From NCBI GenBank assembly GCA_963663405.2, contig CAXXSM010000099.1, positions 1-62,633 of the forward strand: 62,633 bases of DNA. Reading direction: 5' to 3'. How positions within the stretch are numbered: the stretch's first letter is position 1; each line of letters begins with the position of its first letter. This DNA is from a bacterium. GTDB lineage: Bacteria > Hinthialibacterota > Hinthialibacteria > Hinthialibacterales > Hinthialibacteraceae. The notes under the pieces are model-generated. The model was not told where the DNA came from, searched no databases, and was given only the letters and a program-made list of their open reading frames with translations. Position numbers and translations under genes: made by a program. Positions 42,461-52,982 of this stretch are shown here, in pieces.

Positions 42461-42869
42461 TTTTGATTTTACTAGACTTACATCACTTCTAAAACATCCT
42501 CAAATTTCAAGATGCTACCTATATGCTACCATCCGGAGGAAAAAAAATAGGCTTCATGATGTTATGAGGTAACTATAAGTGCAGGGATGTTGATAGCCTT
42601 AAACCTTAGAGGCCAACCGATAAATAATCAGTGATTCATGGCTCATAAATTTATATATATCAGTTAGTTATGAAAATAGAATTCATGTTCATCACTAATA
42701 CTTTACTATTTTAGTAAAGTTTCTGCGATCGATAACAATGGAGATAGTAATTATGAACATATGCTCATAAAGAATCAAAATTTGTTCAACACGGGATTGG
42801 GGTATGGCAACGATTCGCGCGAAAATGGGCCATTTCGATTTATAAGCCCTGTTAAAGAAGAGGGTTAGA

Positions 42870-43445
42870 TCAATTTTCAAAATAGCGAAAGACAGTTCGT
42901 TCACTGACATTCAGCGCATTGGCGATTTCTGAGACATTCAGACCTTTATCACGTAATAACTTGGCTCGAACTGGCTTCGCTTTTGTTGTTCCTTTTTTCC
43001 GGCCTTTATAAACACCGTTCGCTTTGGCGACGCGAATGCCAGCGTCTTGCCGTTCACGCCGATACTCCATTTCTATTTCCGCGAGACCAAACATCACACT
43101 GGCTACCATACGTCCAATTGTTCCGCTTAAATCGATTTGTTGAGTGACAACAACAACGCGAATATTTTTCTCGCACCAATCGGCCAAGAGATTAATACCG
43201 TCCCGTTGACGGCGCGATATCCGATCGAGTTTCCAAACGATCACGGTTTTCACCGTTCCGTTGAAGATCTCTTTTTGCATTCGTTCAAACGCAGGCCGCT
43301 TCGTCGTCTTTCCGGTCTCTGTATCTTCGTACCACTGAACGGAGGACAACTTAATCCCATTTCCTTTGAGCCAGCGTTTAATCTCAGATTTTTGGCTGTC
43401 GGTTTTTTGGTGGCGAGAGGAGACACGGCAGTAGCATGCAATCAT
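42870..43445 (-). CDS. tnpR: Serine resolvase of the Tn3 element
   Basis: YCRVSS..Q, RPAFERM, VWKLDRISR, C-terminal HTH; divergent from tnpA. Likely start ATG 43445. Confidence 0.92.
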   Translation of the reverse strand: MIACYCRVSSRHQKTDSQKSEIKRWLKGNGIKLSSVQWYEDTETGKTTKRPAFERMQKEIFNGTVKTVIVWKLDRISRRQRDGINLLADWCEKNIRVVVVTQQIDLSGTIGRMVASVMFGLAEIEMEYRRERQDAGIRVAKANGVYKGRKKGTTKAKPVRAKLLRDKGLNVSEIANALNVSERTVFRYFEN

Positions 43446-44795
43446 GAGAATCCCACAGATCCGTTTATAAACTTCCTCCACTGAGTATGCGGGGTTTTAC
43501 GCTCGATGTCAATTAGAGTAAAGTCTATATGGCATACTTTTTAGGCTTCAATTTCTCCGTAAATGCGAGGGAATTGAACGCTCATCACGCCAAGACTCTA
43601 TTTGTCATGTTTTACCCCCCCGTTCCATTCGATCCATTCCAACAACATGAAAAGGAGTTAGCAGATCGTGCCCTGCGTACATGAAACCGCTTATCCACGA
43701 TTAAAAACTTCGATGACGGCCAAGGATCTAACAAAAATATATACGCCCACATTGGATGAAATAAGCCTAGCCAACTCCAACGCTCGTGGGCAATCGGCGA
43801 AACGGTGCTTTCTTATTTTACTGAAAACATTTCAACGGCTTGGTTACTTTATCCAACTCCGCGATGTTCCCATACAAATCGTCAATCACATTTCAAAATG
43901 TTTTGCCGGAGAACCATCATCGCTTGACTTATCCGCCTATGACGAGTCTGGAAGCAGACGCCGACATGTTCAAATCATCCGAGACTATCTCCAAGTCAAA
44001 CCGTATGACAGGCAGGCAAACCAATTGCTCAGAACGGTGATACGGGAAGCCACGCTCACTAAGGAAGACCTTGCCGATATCATCAATGTGGGGATTGAGG
44101 AATTGATTCGAAATCGTTTCGAACTCCCAGGATTTACGACGCTACGTGTGGAAGCGCAAAGGGAGAGAGCGAAAACTCATCGACACATTTATCATTCTGT
44201 TTCCCGCGCATTGGGCAAAGACGGGCGGTTGTTGATCGATCAAATTCTTACCGTGAATGAAACCACAGGCCGGGCGCCGTGGAACGCGATAAAAGAAGAA
44301 CCCGGACGGCCGACACTAACTCACCTGAAAGAACTGGTGGCTCACCTTTGCTGGATGAAAACCATGAACGTCGGCACGGAGGCTCTTTCCTCAATCCCTC
44401 ATGGCAAAATCCGCCGGTTTGCGAATGAAGCCAAGAGCCTTGATGCGGGAAGAATGCAGGAAATGAACTCGCACAAACGCTATACATTGGTGGTCGCGCT
44501 TATCAAAATGCAAACAGCGCGCGCTCTGGATGACCTTGGGGAAATAGATAGGAGTTTTTATCGAGCGAAGCCGAGATACAAACTCTATTGGACGAAGTGC
44601 GGGGGAATGTGAGAACCAATAACACGCCATTTATTCGCGAAACGGCTTAATTGAGGAAGAGAAGTTGATAGTTTAGAAAGAGAAAATCCTCTTGAAGCTA
44701 TAGAAATCCCCTCACGGCAAGAAAAGTAAAAAATCTTCCCGCGTAAAGTTATAATTTCTTTATATTACCATCGCGATGCTTACAATCGGAATCGA

Positions 44796-45962
44796 TCAGG
44801 GGCTTCGATTCCGATTGAGGGTTTCAATGACAATCACGTTACAGCTTTTGCAACGCGGACATTTAGGCCATTCCGGCGCCGATTCTTGGCCGGTCCGATC
44901 GAATACTGCTTTGTCGTTGGTCTCTTTTGAAACGATGGAATTCTCAACCGATTCGGGAATAGAAACGCTCTCCGCCTTGGGGGCGAGGAGCAAACGGATT
45001 CGATTGCGTGTGTCCCGATGACAGTGATGCCACAGCCCATAGTAGCGGACTTTATGGAAGCCGCGGGGGAGCACATGCATCACGAAGCGCCGCAGAAATT
45101 CTTCGCCCGGCAAGCGGAGAGTTCGCCAATGCTTCTCTTTGAAGGTCTTGTAGCGGAACGTCACGTGGGTAGCGTCCATTGCCAGAAGCCGGTGGTTGGA
45201 GATCGCGATGCGATAGACATAGCGCCCCAGGTAATTCAAGATGGCTTTCACGCCTTTGCCATACGGTTTGCAGAACGAGTTCCAGCCTCTATTCCAGACC
45301 TTGGTCTCGATGCCTTGGAAGATCTCCGGCGCCGCTTTTTCGAGCCGTTCTTTAAAGCGCCGGCGAACGAGTAAGCTGAGCGTTCCCACATGGAGAAGCC
45401 ATTTCGGGTGGCGGAGTTCCATCCAAGAGTGGCCGTCCTCACTCACGGCGCCGGCGCTGACCAACAGATGGACATGTGGATGCAATTCCAGATCTCCCCG
45501 CCAAGTGTGCAGCACGGCCAGGATCGCCGGGGTCCCGCCAACGACTTGGGGATTGCGCATCAGATCCATGATACAGGAAGCAGCCGTCGTCATCAGCAAC
45601 CCATAGAGAATCTTTTGATGAGCCAAGAAAGCCGCCCGGATAGACTGCGGAACTGTTACGATTACATGAAAGTAACGGCAGCCAAGCATCTGGTCTTCCC
45701 GCTTCTCGATCCATTGCCGCATCGCCTGGGAATGACAGGACGGACAGGATCGATTGCCACACCCGTGATACACCCAGAAGTCTTCGCCGCAGTCCTGACA
45801 GTGATAACGATGCCCTCCCAGTTCCGCCGTATGACAGGCCATGATATCGTGCAGCGCTTTACGCTGGGAGGGCAAAAGGCGCTTCCCTTGCTGCCGGATA
45901 TAGGCCGGGCCAAACCGGCGAACCACATCGCCGAGTTCGAGGTTCGATGAAGTGCAATTCAT
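44796..45962 (-). CDS. IS91-family (HUH/Y2) transposase
   Basis: Zn-binding C..C/CGNRSCPSC, LHTW..HPHVHLL HUH motif, YLGRY Y2 motif, HVLPRGFHKVRYYG. Confidence 0.93.
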   Translation of the reverse strand: MNCTSSNLELGDVVRRFGPAYIRQQGKRLLPSQRKALHDIMACHTAELGGHRYHCQDCGEDFWVYHGCGNRSCPSCHSQAMRQWIEKREDQMLGCRYFHVIVTVPQSIRAAFLAHQKILYGLLMTTAASCIMDLMRNPQVVGGTPAILAVLHTWRGDLELHPHVHLLVSAGAVSEDGHSWMELRHPKWLLHVGTLSLLVRRRFKERLEKAAPEIFQGIETKVWNRGWNSFCKPYGKGVKAILNYLGRYVYRIAISNHRLLAMDATHVTFRYKTFKEKHWRTLRLPGEEFLRRFVMHVLPRGFHKVRYYGLWHHCHRDTRNRIRLLLAPKAESVSIPESVENSIVSKETNDKAVFDRTGQESAPEWPKCPRCKSCNVIVIETLNRNRSP

Positions 45963-45971
45963 GATTCCTCC

Positions 45972-46819
45972 TCACATCAGATCGGCGAACACGGCGTTGA
46001 TCCGATCCTGAGCCTCGTGGCGAAGCGGCTCAGTCAAATGAGTGTAGATCTGTGTCGAACGAATACTGGAATGGCCGAGAAGAATCTGGACAACGCGCAG
46101 GCTTTCGCCGTTCTCCAGCAATCTGCTGGCAAACGAATGACGCATCGAATGCGGCTTCACATCGTCTGTCAGCCCGGTAGCGTTACAGGCCAAGCGAAAC
46201 GCTTTGCCGAGTGTCGATGAGGGAATGTGGTTGGAGCCTTGTTGGTTGGGGAATAGCCAGGTGGGATGGCGATGCATCAACCAGAGTTCACGCATCGGCT
46301 CCAACAAGGTGTCCGGGAGAGGAACGATTCGCTCTTTATCGCCCTTCCCAATAATCCGTAAACTCATTTGGTTGGAATCGATCTGCCGCACCGGAAGAGA
46401 GATGACTTCACTGGTCCGAAGGCCGCACGCATACATCAACGTTAGAGCCAACCGGTAGGGCGTTTTCCTGACGGCGGCCAGGAGGGCGCGAACTTGGGAA
46501 TGGGTTAATGAATGCGGCAGGCGCTTTTGGCGAGGCTTACGAATCTTTTTTTTGCAAACAACGGCCACCCCAGATCCAGCGTGGTTTGATAAAGAAATTT
46601 CAGCGCGCTGTAGTGGACCTGAAACGTTCCGAGAGCGACTTTCTTCACGTCTCGCAAATTCAGTAAATAGACCCGGACGAGTTCCTCGCTAATGCATTCT
46701 GGCGAGCAATCAAATTCTAGAGCGAATGAGGCGACGGCTCGGACGTATGCTTTTTGCGTGCCTTCGCTCAGTCCTGCTAACGTCATGTCTTCGATCATGC
46801 GTTTCCGTAATGATTTCAT
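45972..46819 (-). CDS. Tyrosine recombinase (SAM-like N-domain plus catalytic domain) joined across a -1 shift at an A8 run
   Basis: N-part MKSLRKRMIEDMTLAGLSEGTQKAY; C-part YACGLRTSE, GKGDKER, HSMRHSFA, LLGHSSIRSTQIY; T8 at 46546-46553 on the + strand. Confidence 0.88.
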
Positions 46820-49216
46820 GATCTTTTCTCCTGTAAATAAGTAGTGGTTGGCAGTCTTACAGCCACTGCCTTCTCAGAAGAAATACATGACAACTCAGGA
46901 GATTTCGCAAGGGGATTGTTCAACTAGAAAATTCGGCGTACGACACTCTGCGGCGGAGCCGCTTCGTCCAATGTTCATTAAGCGGATGAGTAAAATCAAT
47001 TGGAAAGGTCATGAGGCGCTTGTTGAGTTTCGGAATTCTCAACAGAGCCGCACCGATCAGTTAATCAGTATTCTCCATGATCTACTGACTAAACTTCAAC
47101 AAGATGGGACACCAGAAAATCAAATTGCAGCCATGCGCAACGTTGTCGGTAATCAAACCGATGAAATCATTGAGGACTGTCAAGTGCATGCGGAATACGC
47201 CGGGGAACAACTATTCGGCTTTGCTTTGGCGGTTTTATAAAAGTCATCGCGCAACGTTGTTTTCTCTCTTGGATCACGTCCCTCTCATCTCAACAAGTCA
47301 AGATATGGCGTTGATAGAGTCGTTGAATTTTTTACGAAAGCATAGAGACAACAAACGTGAATGGATTGCCGTCGAGTCTTTGGAAACAGATGATTTTCAA
47401 TCGTCTTTGATAGATTTATCATGGATTCCAGATAAATGGTGGAAGTTGGTAACCGGCGCGTCCGATCGTAAATCGGCTCCGCAACAGATCAACCGCCGAC
47501 ACTTTGAGGTGTGTGTCTTCTCTCAGGTTATGCTTGAACTGAAGTCAGGCGATTTGTGTATTGAGGGAAGCGATAAATTTTCTGATTATCGTCAACAGCT
47601 TATCTCTTGGGAGGAATATGAGCGTGGCATAAAAGAATATGGGGAGCAAGTCGGTTTACCCGTAGACAGCGATGCGTTTGTTACGCATATGCAAAAGGCT
47701 CTGGAGGAAGAGGCCGCTGCCGCAGATGCTTTTCTTCCCGGAAAACGAATCCCTGAGGCTCGAAAATGGAAAACCCGTTCTTCGACGGCTGACAAAGAAA
47801 AAGAAGCCAGCAGAATTCAAAACCTTAAAACAACTCATTGCGAACAAAATCGAACCCGTTAACATTCTTGATGTTCTTGCCGATACAGAAAACTGGCTCA
47901 ACTGGACACGTTTTTTCGGCCCCCTTTCCGGGCACGATGCGAAGATTGAATCGCCACGTTCCCGCTACATCGCAACCACCTTTTGTTATGGCTGTAACCT
48001 CGGTCCCGCTCAAACGGCTAGGTCACTCAAAAATTTTGACCGAAAACAAATCGCGTGGATCAACCAAAGACATGTTCCTGAAGAAAAATTAGACGAAGCC
48101 ATTACCGCCATCATCAACGCGTACAATCAATTTTCACTGCCCAAATTATGGGGTTCTGGCAAGCATGCGTCGGCAGACGGAACAAAATGGGATCTCTACG
48201 AACAAAACCTCCTTTCTGAGTATCATATCCGCTATGGCGGATATGGCGGTATCGGGTACTACCACGTTTCGGATACCTACATCGCGCTCTTTAGCCATTT
48301 TATTCCCTGCGGGGTGTGGGAGGCGATCTATATTCTTGATGGGCTATTAAAGAATAAATCTGACATCCAGCCTGATACACTGCATGCAGACACTCAAGGT
48401 CAAAGCACAACGGTTTTTGGGTTGGCCCATCTGCTGGGAATTGATTTGATGCCACGCATTCGGAATTGGAAAGACCTGATACTCTTCCGCCCAACAAAAG
48501 ATTCTCGTTACAAACACATTGATGGGTTATTCTCCGATAGCATCAACTGGAATCTAATCAAAACCCATCTACCCGATATGCTTCGCGTTGTTCTCTCCAT
48601 CAAAGCGGGAAAAATCACGGCCTCAACTATCTTGCGAAGGCTTGGAACCGATAGCCGAAAAAACAAACTCTACTTTGCATTTCGAGAACTTGACCGTGTT
48701 GTACGAACCCTTTTTCTACTTCGTTATCTGGGAAATCTCGAACTACGTCAACTCATTCAATCCGCTACGAATAAAAGTGAATCGTTCAATAATTTCGTCC
48801 AGTGGCTCTTCTTTGGCGGGGAGGGATTAATTGCGGAGAACGACAGGGATAAACAGCGCAAATATATCAAGTACAATCACCTGGTTGCGAATTGCTTGAT
48901 CTTCCATAACGTGCACTCTCAAACACGCATTCTTCATGAGTTAGCCGAAAACGGATATAAATTTGATGATGAAACTCTGTCACGAATAAGCCCATACATT
49001 ACCGATCATGTTAATCGTTTTGGCAATTACACCCTGAATTTGAACCGAAACACACCGGCTCCAGATTACACACTAAATCCTCTCTCTTTACTAGCATCTG
49101 GATGAAATGGCCCATTTTCGCGCGAATCGTTGCCATACCCCGGATTATCTCGAAGAACCGAGAGACGCCGTGATTGAAGGGGAAGTGAAGGTGATTCCTG
49201 CTTTGTAATTCAATTT

Positions 49217-50110
49217 TCAATATAAATACCAATCCGATATTGGTGTTTCACAATCTTTCTGGGGCGAGAATGCAAAACCGGATAATAAGCTAATTTCTTC
49301 TTGGAATTTTGGATTTCCGATTCGTTCTGTTAGAAGAATAATGTTACCAACAGCTTCTTCAAAATTATCACAGCCAATGTAATTAAATCGAACATCCACA
49401 AAATAGAGACCAAGACTTTCGTTAACTATAAGACTTGAAAGGCTGGTTAATTTATTGTTAGAGCAGTCGAGATATTTCAAGGAGGTATTACTGGAGACAT
49501 CCAGGCTTGTTAATTGATTGCTGTTGCACCAGATATAAGTCAAAGCAGTGTTGTTGGAGACATCCAGGCTTGTTAATTGATTACCACTGCAGTCGAGTCT
49601 ATCCAAAGCAGTATTATGGGAGACATCCAGGCTTGTTAATTGATTATCACTGCAGACGAGATAATTCAAAGCAGTGCAGTTAGAGACATCTAAATAAGAT
49701 AATTGATTTCCAAGACAGTCAATATCTAATAAGACAGGATTTTTAGAAACATCAAGGTCAAGTAATTGATTACGCCCACAGTAGAGAAATTTCAAATCTG
49801 TGTTGTTAGAAACGTCCAAGCTAGTTAATTCATTTTCACTCAAAATGAGGTTTGAAATGTTAGGAAAAAATTTCAATCCAGTCACATCCTTAATTTTGTT
49901 ATTTTTATGATAACCATGATACCTTAATTCACCTGTTTTCACTGCAGCTTCTAAAGCAGTGAATTTTCCCCCTGGTGATACTCCCATAAATTCCTCAACC
50001 ACCATTCTGAAAACCGGATCTGGAAAGTTCTCCGGCGTGTTAATGTTCTGAGAAAATGCGCTTATGGAGATACCAAAGAAGAAGAAAAAAAGAAACTGTT
50101 TAAGATTCAT
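49217..50110 (-). CDS. Secreted LRR protein, paralog of the LRR modules of 35185-38058
   Basis: NINTPENFPDPVFR vs NINTPQNFPDPNFR; 21-aa LRRs NQLTSLDVS.NTAL; GFAFSPQ cap; ends ISDWYLY. Confidence 0.88.
   Translation of the reverse strand: MNLKQFLFFFFFGISISAFSQNINTPENFPDPVFRMVVEEFMGVSPGGKFTALEAAVKTGELRYHGYHKNNKIKDVTGLKFFPNISNLILSENELTSLDVSNNTDLKFLYCGRNQLLDLDVSKNPVLLDIDCLGNQLSYLDVSNCTALNYLVCSDNQLTSLDVSHNTALDRLDCSGNQLTSLDVSNNTALTYIWCNSNQLTSLDVSSNTSLKYLDCSNNKLTSLSSLIVNESLGLYFVDVRFNYIGCDNFEEAVGNIILLTERIGNPKFQEEISLLSGFAFSPQKDCETPISDWYLY
49493..49681. repeat. 63-bp-period coding repeats (LRR units)
   Basis: Identical GGAGACATCCAGGCTTGTTAATTGATT at 49493, 49556 and 49619. Confidence 0.9.
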
Positions 50111-50155
50111 GTCCCCCTCCCAGTTTATTTTGTCGATGGAATCAATCGGAAAATT

Positions 50156-50509
50156 TTATTTCTTTCGAATAGCTGCGACAAAAACTGAATAATGTTGGAT
50201 AGATTCATTCTTAATGATGTAAGGTGTTGATTCTTTGCTTCTCATGAGAGATCGAATTTGAGAACGTGCAGTAGTTTTCCCTCTTCTTGATGTTGAATGA
50301 CCGTGAGTAAAAATAACATAGTCTCTTTGTTCTTCATAAGCTTTTTTAAGTGCTTCAAGCGCTTTTTCATATATTTCGTACATCCGGTTACAGTACGGTT
50401 CTTTCCATTCATTTTTCCTACCATAACTTTGTTCAAAGTGGAAATCGATTTCAATAGAATTTGGAAGTTCTCTATATTTTTTCCAGTCGCCATTTTCTTT
50501 TTTAAACAT
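50156..50509 (-). CDS. Small stand-alone Smr-like domain protein
   Basis: IEIDFH ... ALEAL ... VIFTHGHS resembles the Smr LDLHG ... IIHGKG pattern. Confidence 0.55.
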   Translation of the reverse strand: MFKKENGDWKKYRELPNSIEIDFHFEQSYGRKNEWKEPYCNRMYEIYEKALEALKKAYEEQRDYVIFTHGHSTSRRGKTTARSQIRSLMRSKESTPYIIKNESIQHYSVFVAAIRKK

Positions 50510-50533
50510 GATTGTTAAACCTCTCTAATTTCC

Positions 50534-52455
50534 TTATCGTCTCCTTAGTGTTAAATCATCAATAACGAGTGTGGATTCTGCGCCGGGACCGCCGTTTTGG
50601 ATGATGACGTATATTGGTGTTTCGGGATTCCGAACCGTGAAGTTCCCGCCAACCATCACGCGCTCAGACCAAGCGTAACTGGTTTCAAGGCCGGGAATCT
50701 CTCCGATATTCCGGAATAGTCCCACATTCTGATAAGCGTTAGTCATCACGAATGCCATTAATCCCCCGCCACTTGATGGCGTTTCCCTGAACGCTTTATC
50801 ACCTCTCCGATCAGGGTGAAGGGATAGTGCTCCTCAACGCCGGTCACGATAGTGCCGATATTGGCGGCCATGTTGGATGGTTCGACGCTCATCCTGATGG
50901 CGATATCCGTCAGGGATTCAAAAAAGGGTATCACTGCGCCGTCTACATTGTTCATGTTGACGATCAAGTTTTCCAACTCTCCTTCAAAGGTTCCATCCAC
51001 TTCCAGCGTTACCGGTTTCCCCAGTTCCAGGGAAGGCGGTTCCACGATGAGGTTATCAACCCACACAGTCGCGGATAATGTCGAGAACGGCGAGTTAACC
51101 ACCTGGACAGCGACTTGCAACTTTCCGGATGGAGGCGCGTAATAGAGATCAAACCGCCGGTATTCATTGAGTGGAACTTCATCTTCCGTCAGATTGACAT
51201 AGGCCAGTTGGCCATCGATGGGGCTGTTCAGCGCAATCAACGCTAAAGACACATTCGATGTCGATGCTTTAAACTGTCCGGAGATATGCGCCAAACCGTT
51301 CACCTCAACCGGTTCGAGAGAGATAATCAAATTCCCGTTCCCCGGAAACAAATCGACTGACATCCCATTCCCATCGGTCCCGGTTCCTTCAGGGATATCA
51401 CCAAACCGGACATTACCGGAAATAAACCCGGCGGGCGGATCGGAGACAAGTTGATTGGAAGGAAGGTCGGTTCCTTCGAAGGGCTGGTAATATGGAGGGG
51501 GTGCTGTTGGTGTCGGTGTTGATGTAGGAGTGAGAGTTGGCGTAGGTGTTTGTGTTGATTCCGGACGAGAAAAAATAGTTAGAAAAATATCATCAACAAA
51601 ACATTCATTTTGATTTGAAGTAACACTAAATGATATAAATCTAGTTTCTTCAGGAATTGGTGTTTGGTAATCATACATTTTCCATGCATTAATTGCATCC
51701 GTCGTTTGAGACCACTGTCCGATTTCTTCTTTAGACTCATTAAGAAAAACAGCAGAAATTGTTGAACCAATGCTAATCCATAAGGAAACAACCAAATCGT
51801 TAGATTCATTATTTGGCGATATATTTATTGACTGTTCAATAGTCCCGCGTACTCTAAAAAATAAATTGCCTTCAACTGCATTATGATTTAGGTGAGAGTT
51901 ATCTGTTCCTACCGAACCGTCAATAATATTCCACCCCTCCGTCCCCTCTTCTGCTCCTGGATTCTTTAGAAGGTTGTTATCTCCTGTTCTATACGTTTCG
52001 ATAATTGATGCATAGTTCGCTTTAGGACCATCACTCCATTTACCATTAGTATCTTCTCCCGTTTGATAATTCATGTATACATATTTGTAATCTTGAGTCT
52101 CATCATGAGGTGCTCCACTAATCCAATTAAAATAGTCAATATCTTCGCTGCTATACCAATGAAATTCATCGGTGCTCCAATACAATCCAATCCATAAGCG
52201 AGATTGGTCCACTGCATAATTAGGTAATAAATCTTTAACAATCCAATCATTTTCTTTTTGGTTGTTGATTGTCACCAAATGACATCCGAGCGATTTGGCA
52301 ACACCTTCTGCTTGTGGTTGCTCAAGCCGTTCTTCAACCACCATATACCCATGTCCGTTGGCGGGGTTGATAATCCATTCTTGTGAATGAACCGAAACTA
52401 CCACAACAAAACAGAAAACGATACTCAAACCGGTGATTAAGCGTAGTTTTTTCAT
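50534..52455 (-). CDS. Secreted C-type-lectin/carbohydrate-binding protein with PT linker and shared duplicated C-terminal domain; frameshift near 50790
   Basis: HLVTINNQKENDWI, LWIGL, YFNW..GAP, GKWSD lectin motifs; NLLKNPGAEEG. The tail ORF 50534-50758 matches the end of 15085-17244 (QNGGP..ES..IDDL.L.R). Confidence 0.82.
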
Positions 52456-52564
52456 GATCGCCTCCCAGTTATTTTTATAACTGCGGCCAATCTAGCATAT
52501 ATCCAAAAACGCTTTCAAGGGATGGAGAGAATATTTTCTATTTAGATCGATAGAAAAATTATAT

Positions 52565-52593
52565 TTGACTTTGATGATATTAAAAGGTATCAT
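52565..52593 (+). promoter_or_regulatory. Sigma70 promoter of the DUF3800 operon
   Basis: TTGACT-17 bp-TATCAT, 28 bp upstream of ATG 52622. Confidence 0.65.
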
Positions 52594-52621
52594 TTGGTAT
52601 ATTAATATTATTTAAGGTTAT

Positions 52622-52942
52622 ATGTCTATCATGGATAATAATTCTGGATACAAAGCAGTATTGCGTATGGCGAGAGATAAACCGGATTGGATTCCTATTA
52701 TCAAAGCCGCATTGGAAGAATCCAATAGAACGGAAAATGACTTTGCTGGAGCGTGGGTTCTGAATCGACTCAAAGAGCAGGAAACCATTGAATGGTTTCC
52801 GAATTTACGTTCTCTTGTATCCTATGGAATCCTTAAAAAAGAAGATACGACGCGAGGCGGGAAAAGGGCCTACTATTCTATGATTGATCCCGATGGTGTT
52901 GAAAAGGCTCTTCTAAAACTGGAAAAATCAGAATCTGGTTAA
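52622..52942 (+). CDS. Hypothetical protein, possibly winged-helix
   Basis: LRSLVSYGILKK..TRGGKRAYY resembles a wHTH recognition helix plus wing; first gene after the promoter. Confidence 0.6.
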   Translation: MSIMDNNSGYKAVLRMARDKPDWIPIIKAALEESNRTENDFAGAWVLNRLKEQETIEWFPNLRSLVSYGILKKEDTTRGGKRAYYSMIDPDGVEKALLKLEKSESG

Positions 52943-52982
52943 ATAATGGGTGATATGCTTTACCTATTTTGAGAGGAAACGC

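Larger units (their letters stand above)
44546..46972 (-). mobile_element. IS91-like element carrying a tyrosine recombinase plus HUH transposase, nested in tnpA
   Basis: Removing it restores GGG GAA ATG TTC in tnpA; only AAT is shared at the junctions (44543-45 and 46970-72); no long terminal IRs. Confidence 0.88.
43668..49105 (+). pseudogene. tnpA: Tn3-family transposase interrupted by an IS91-like element, with 1-bp indels at ~47204 and ~47731
   Basis: N-terminal part ends ALDDLGE and resumes MFIKRMSK at 46971; catalytic region ASADGTK, LHADTQG, NKSESFN in ORF 47672-49105. Confidence 0.92.
42799..49141. mobile_element. Tn3-family transposon with 38-bp perfect IRs and 5-bp target duplication GGATT
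   Basis: GGGGTATGGCAACGATTCGCGCGAAAATGGGCCATTTC at 42799-42836 and its reverse complement at 49104-49141; GGATT at 42794-42798 and 49142-49146. Confidence 0.97.

Noticed and set aside
42390-42465. Functional tRNA-Arg gene
   Set aside because: The 5' acceptor strand and D-arm are absent and the anticodon stem pairs only 3 bp.
49493-49681. 27-bp repeats with 36-bp gaps as a CRISPR array
   Set aside because: The period is exactly 21 codons inside an LRR ORF, and the gaps are homologous to each other.
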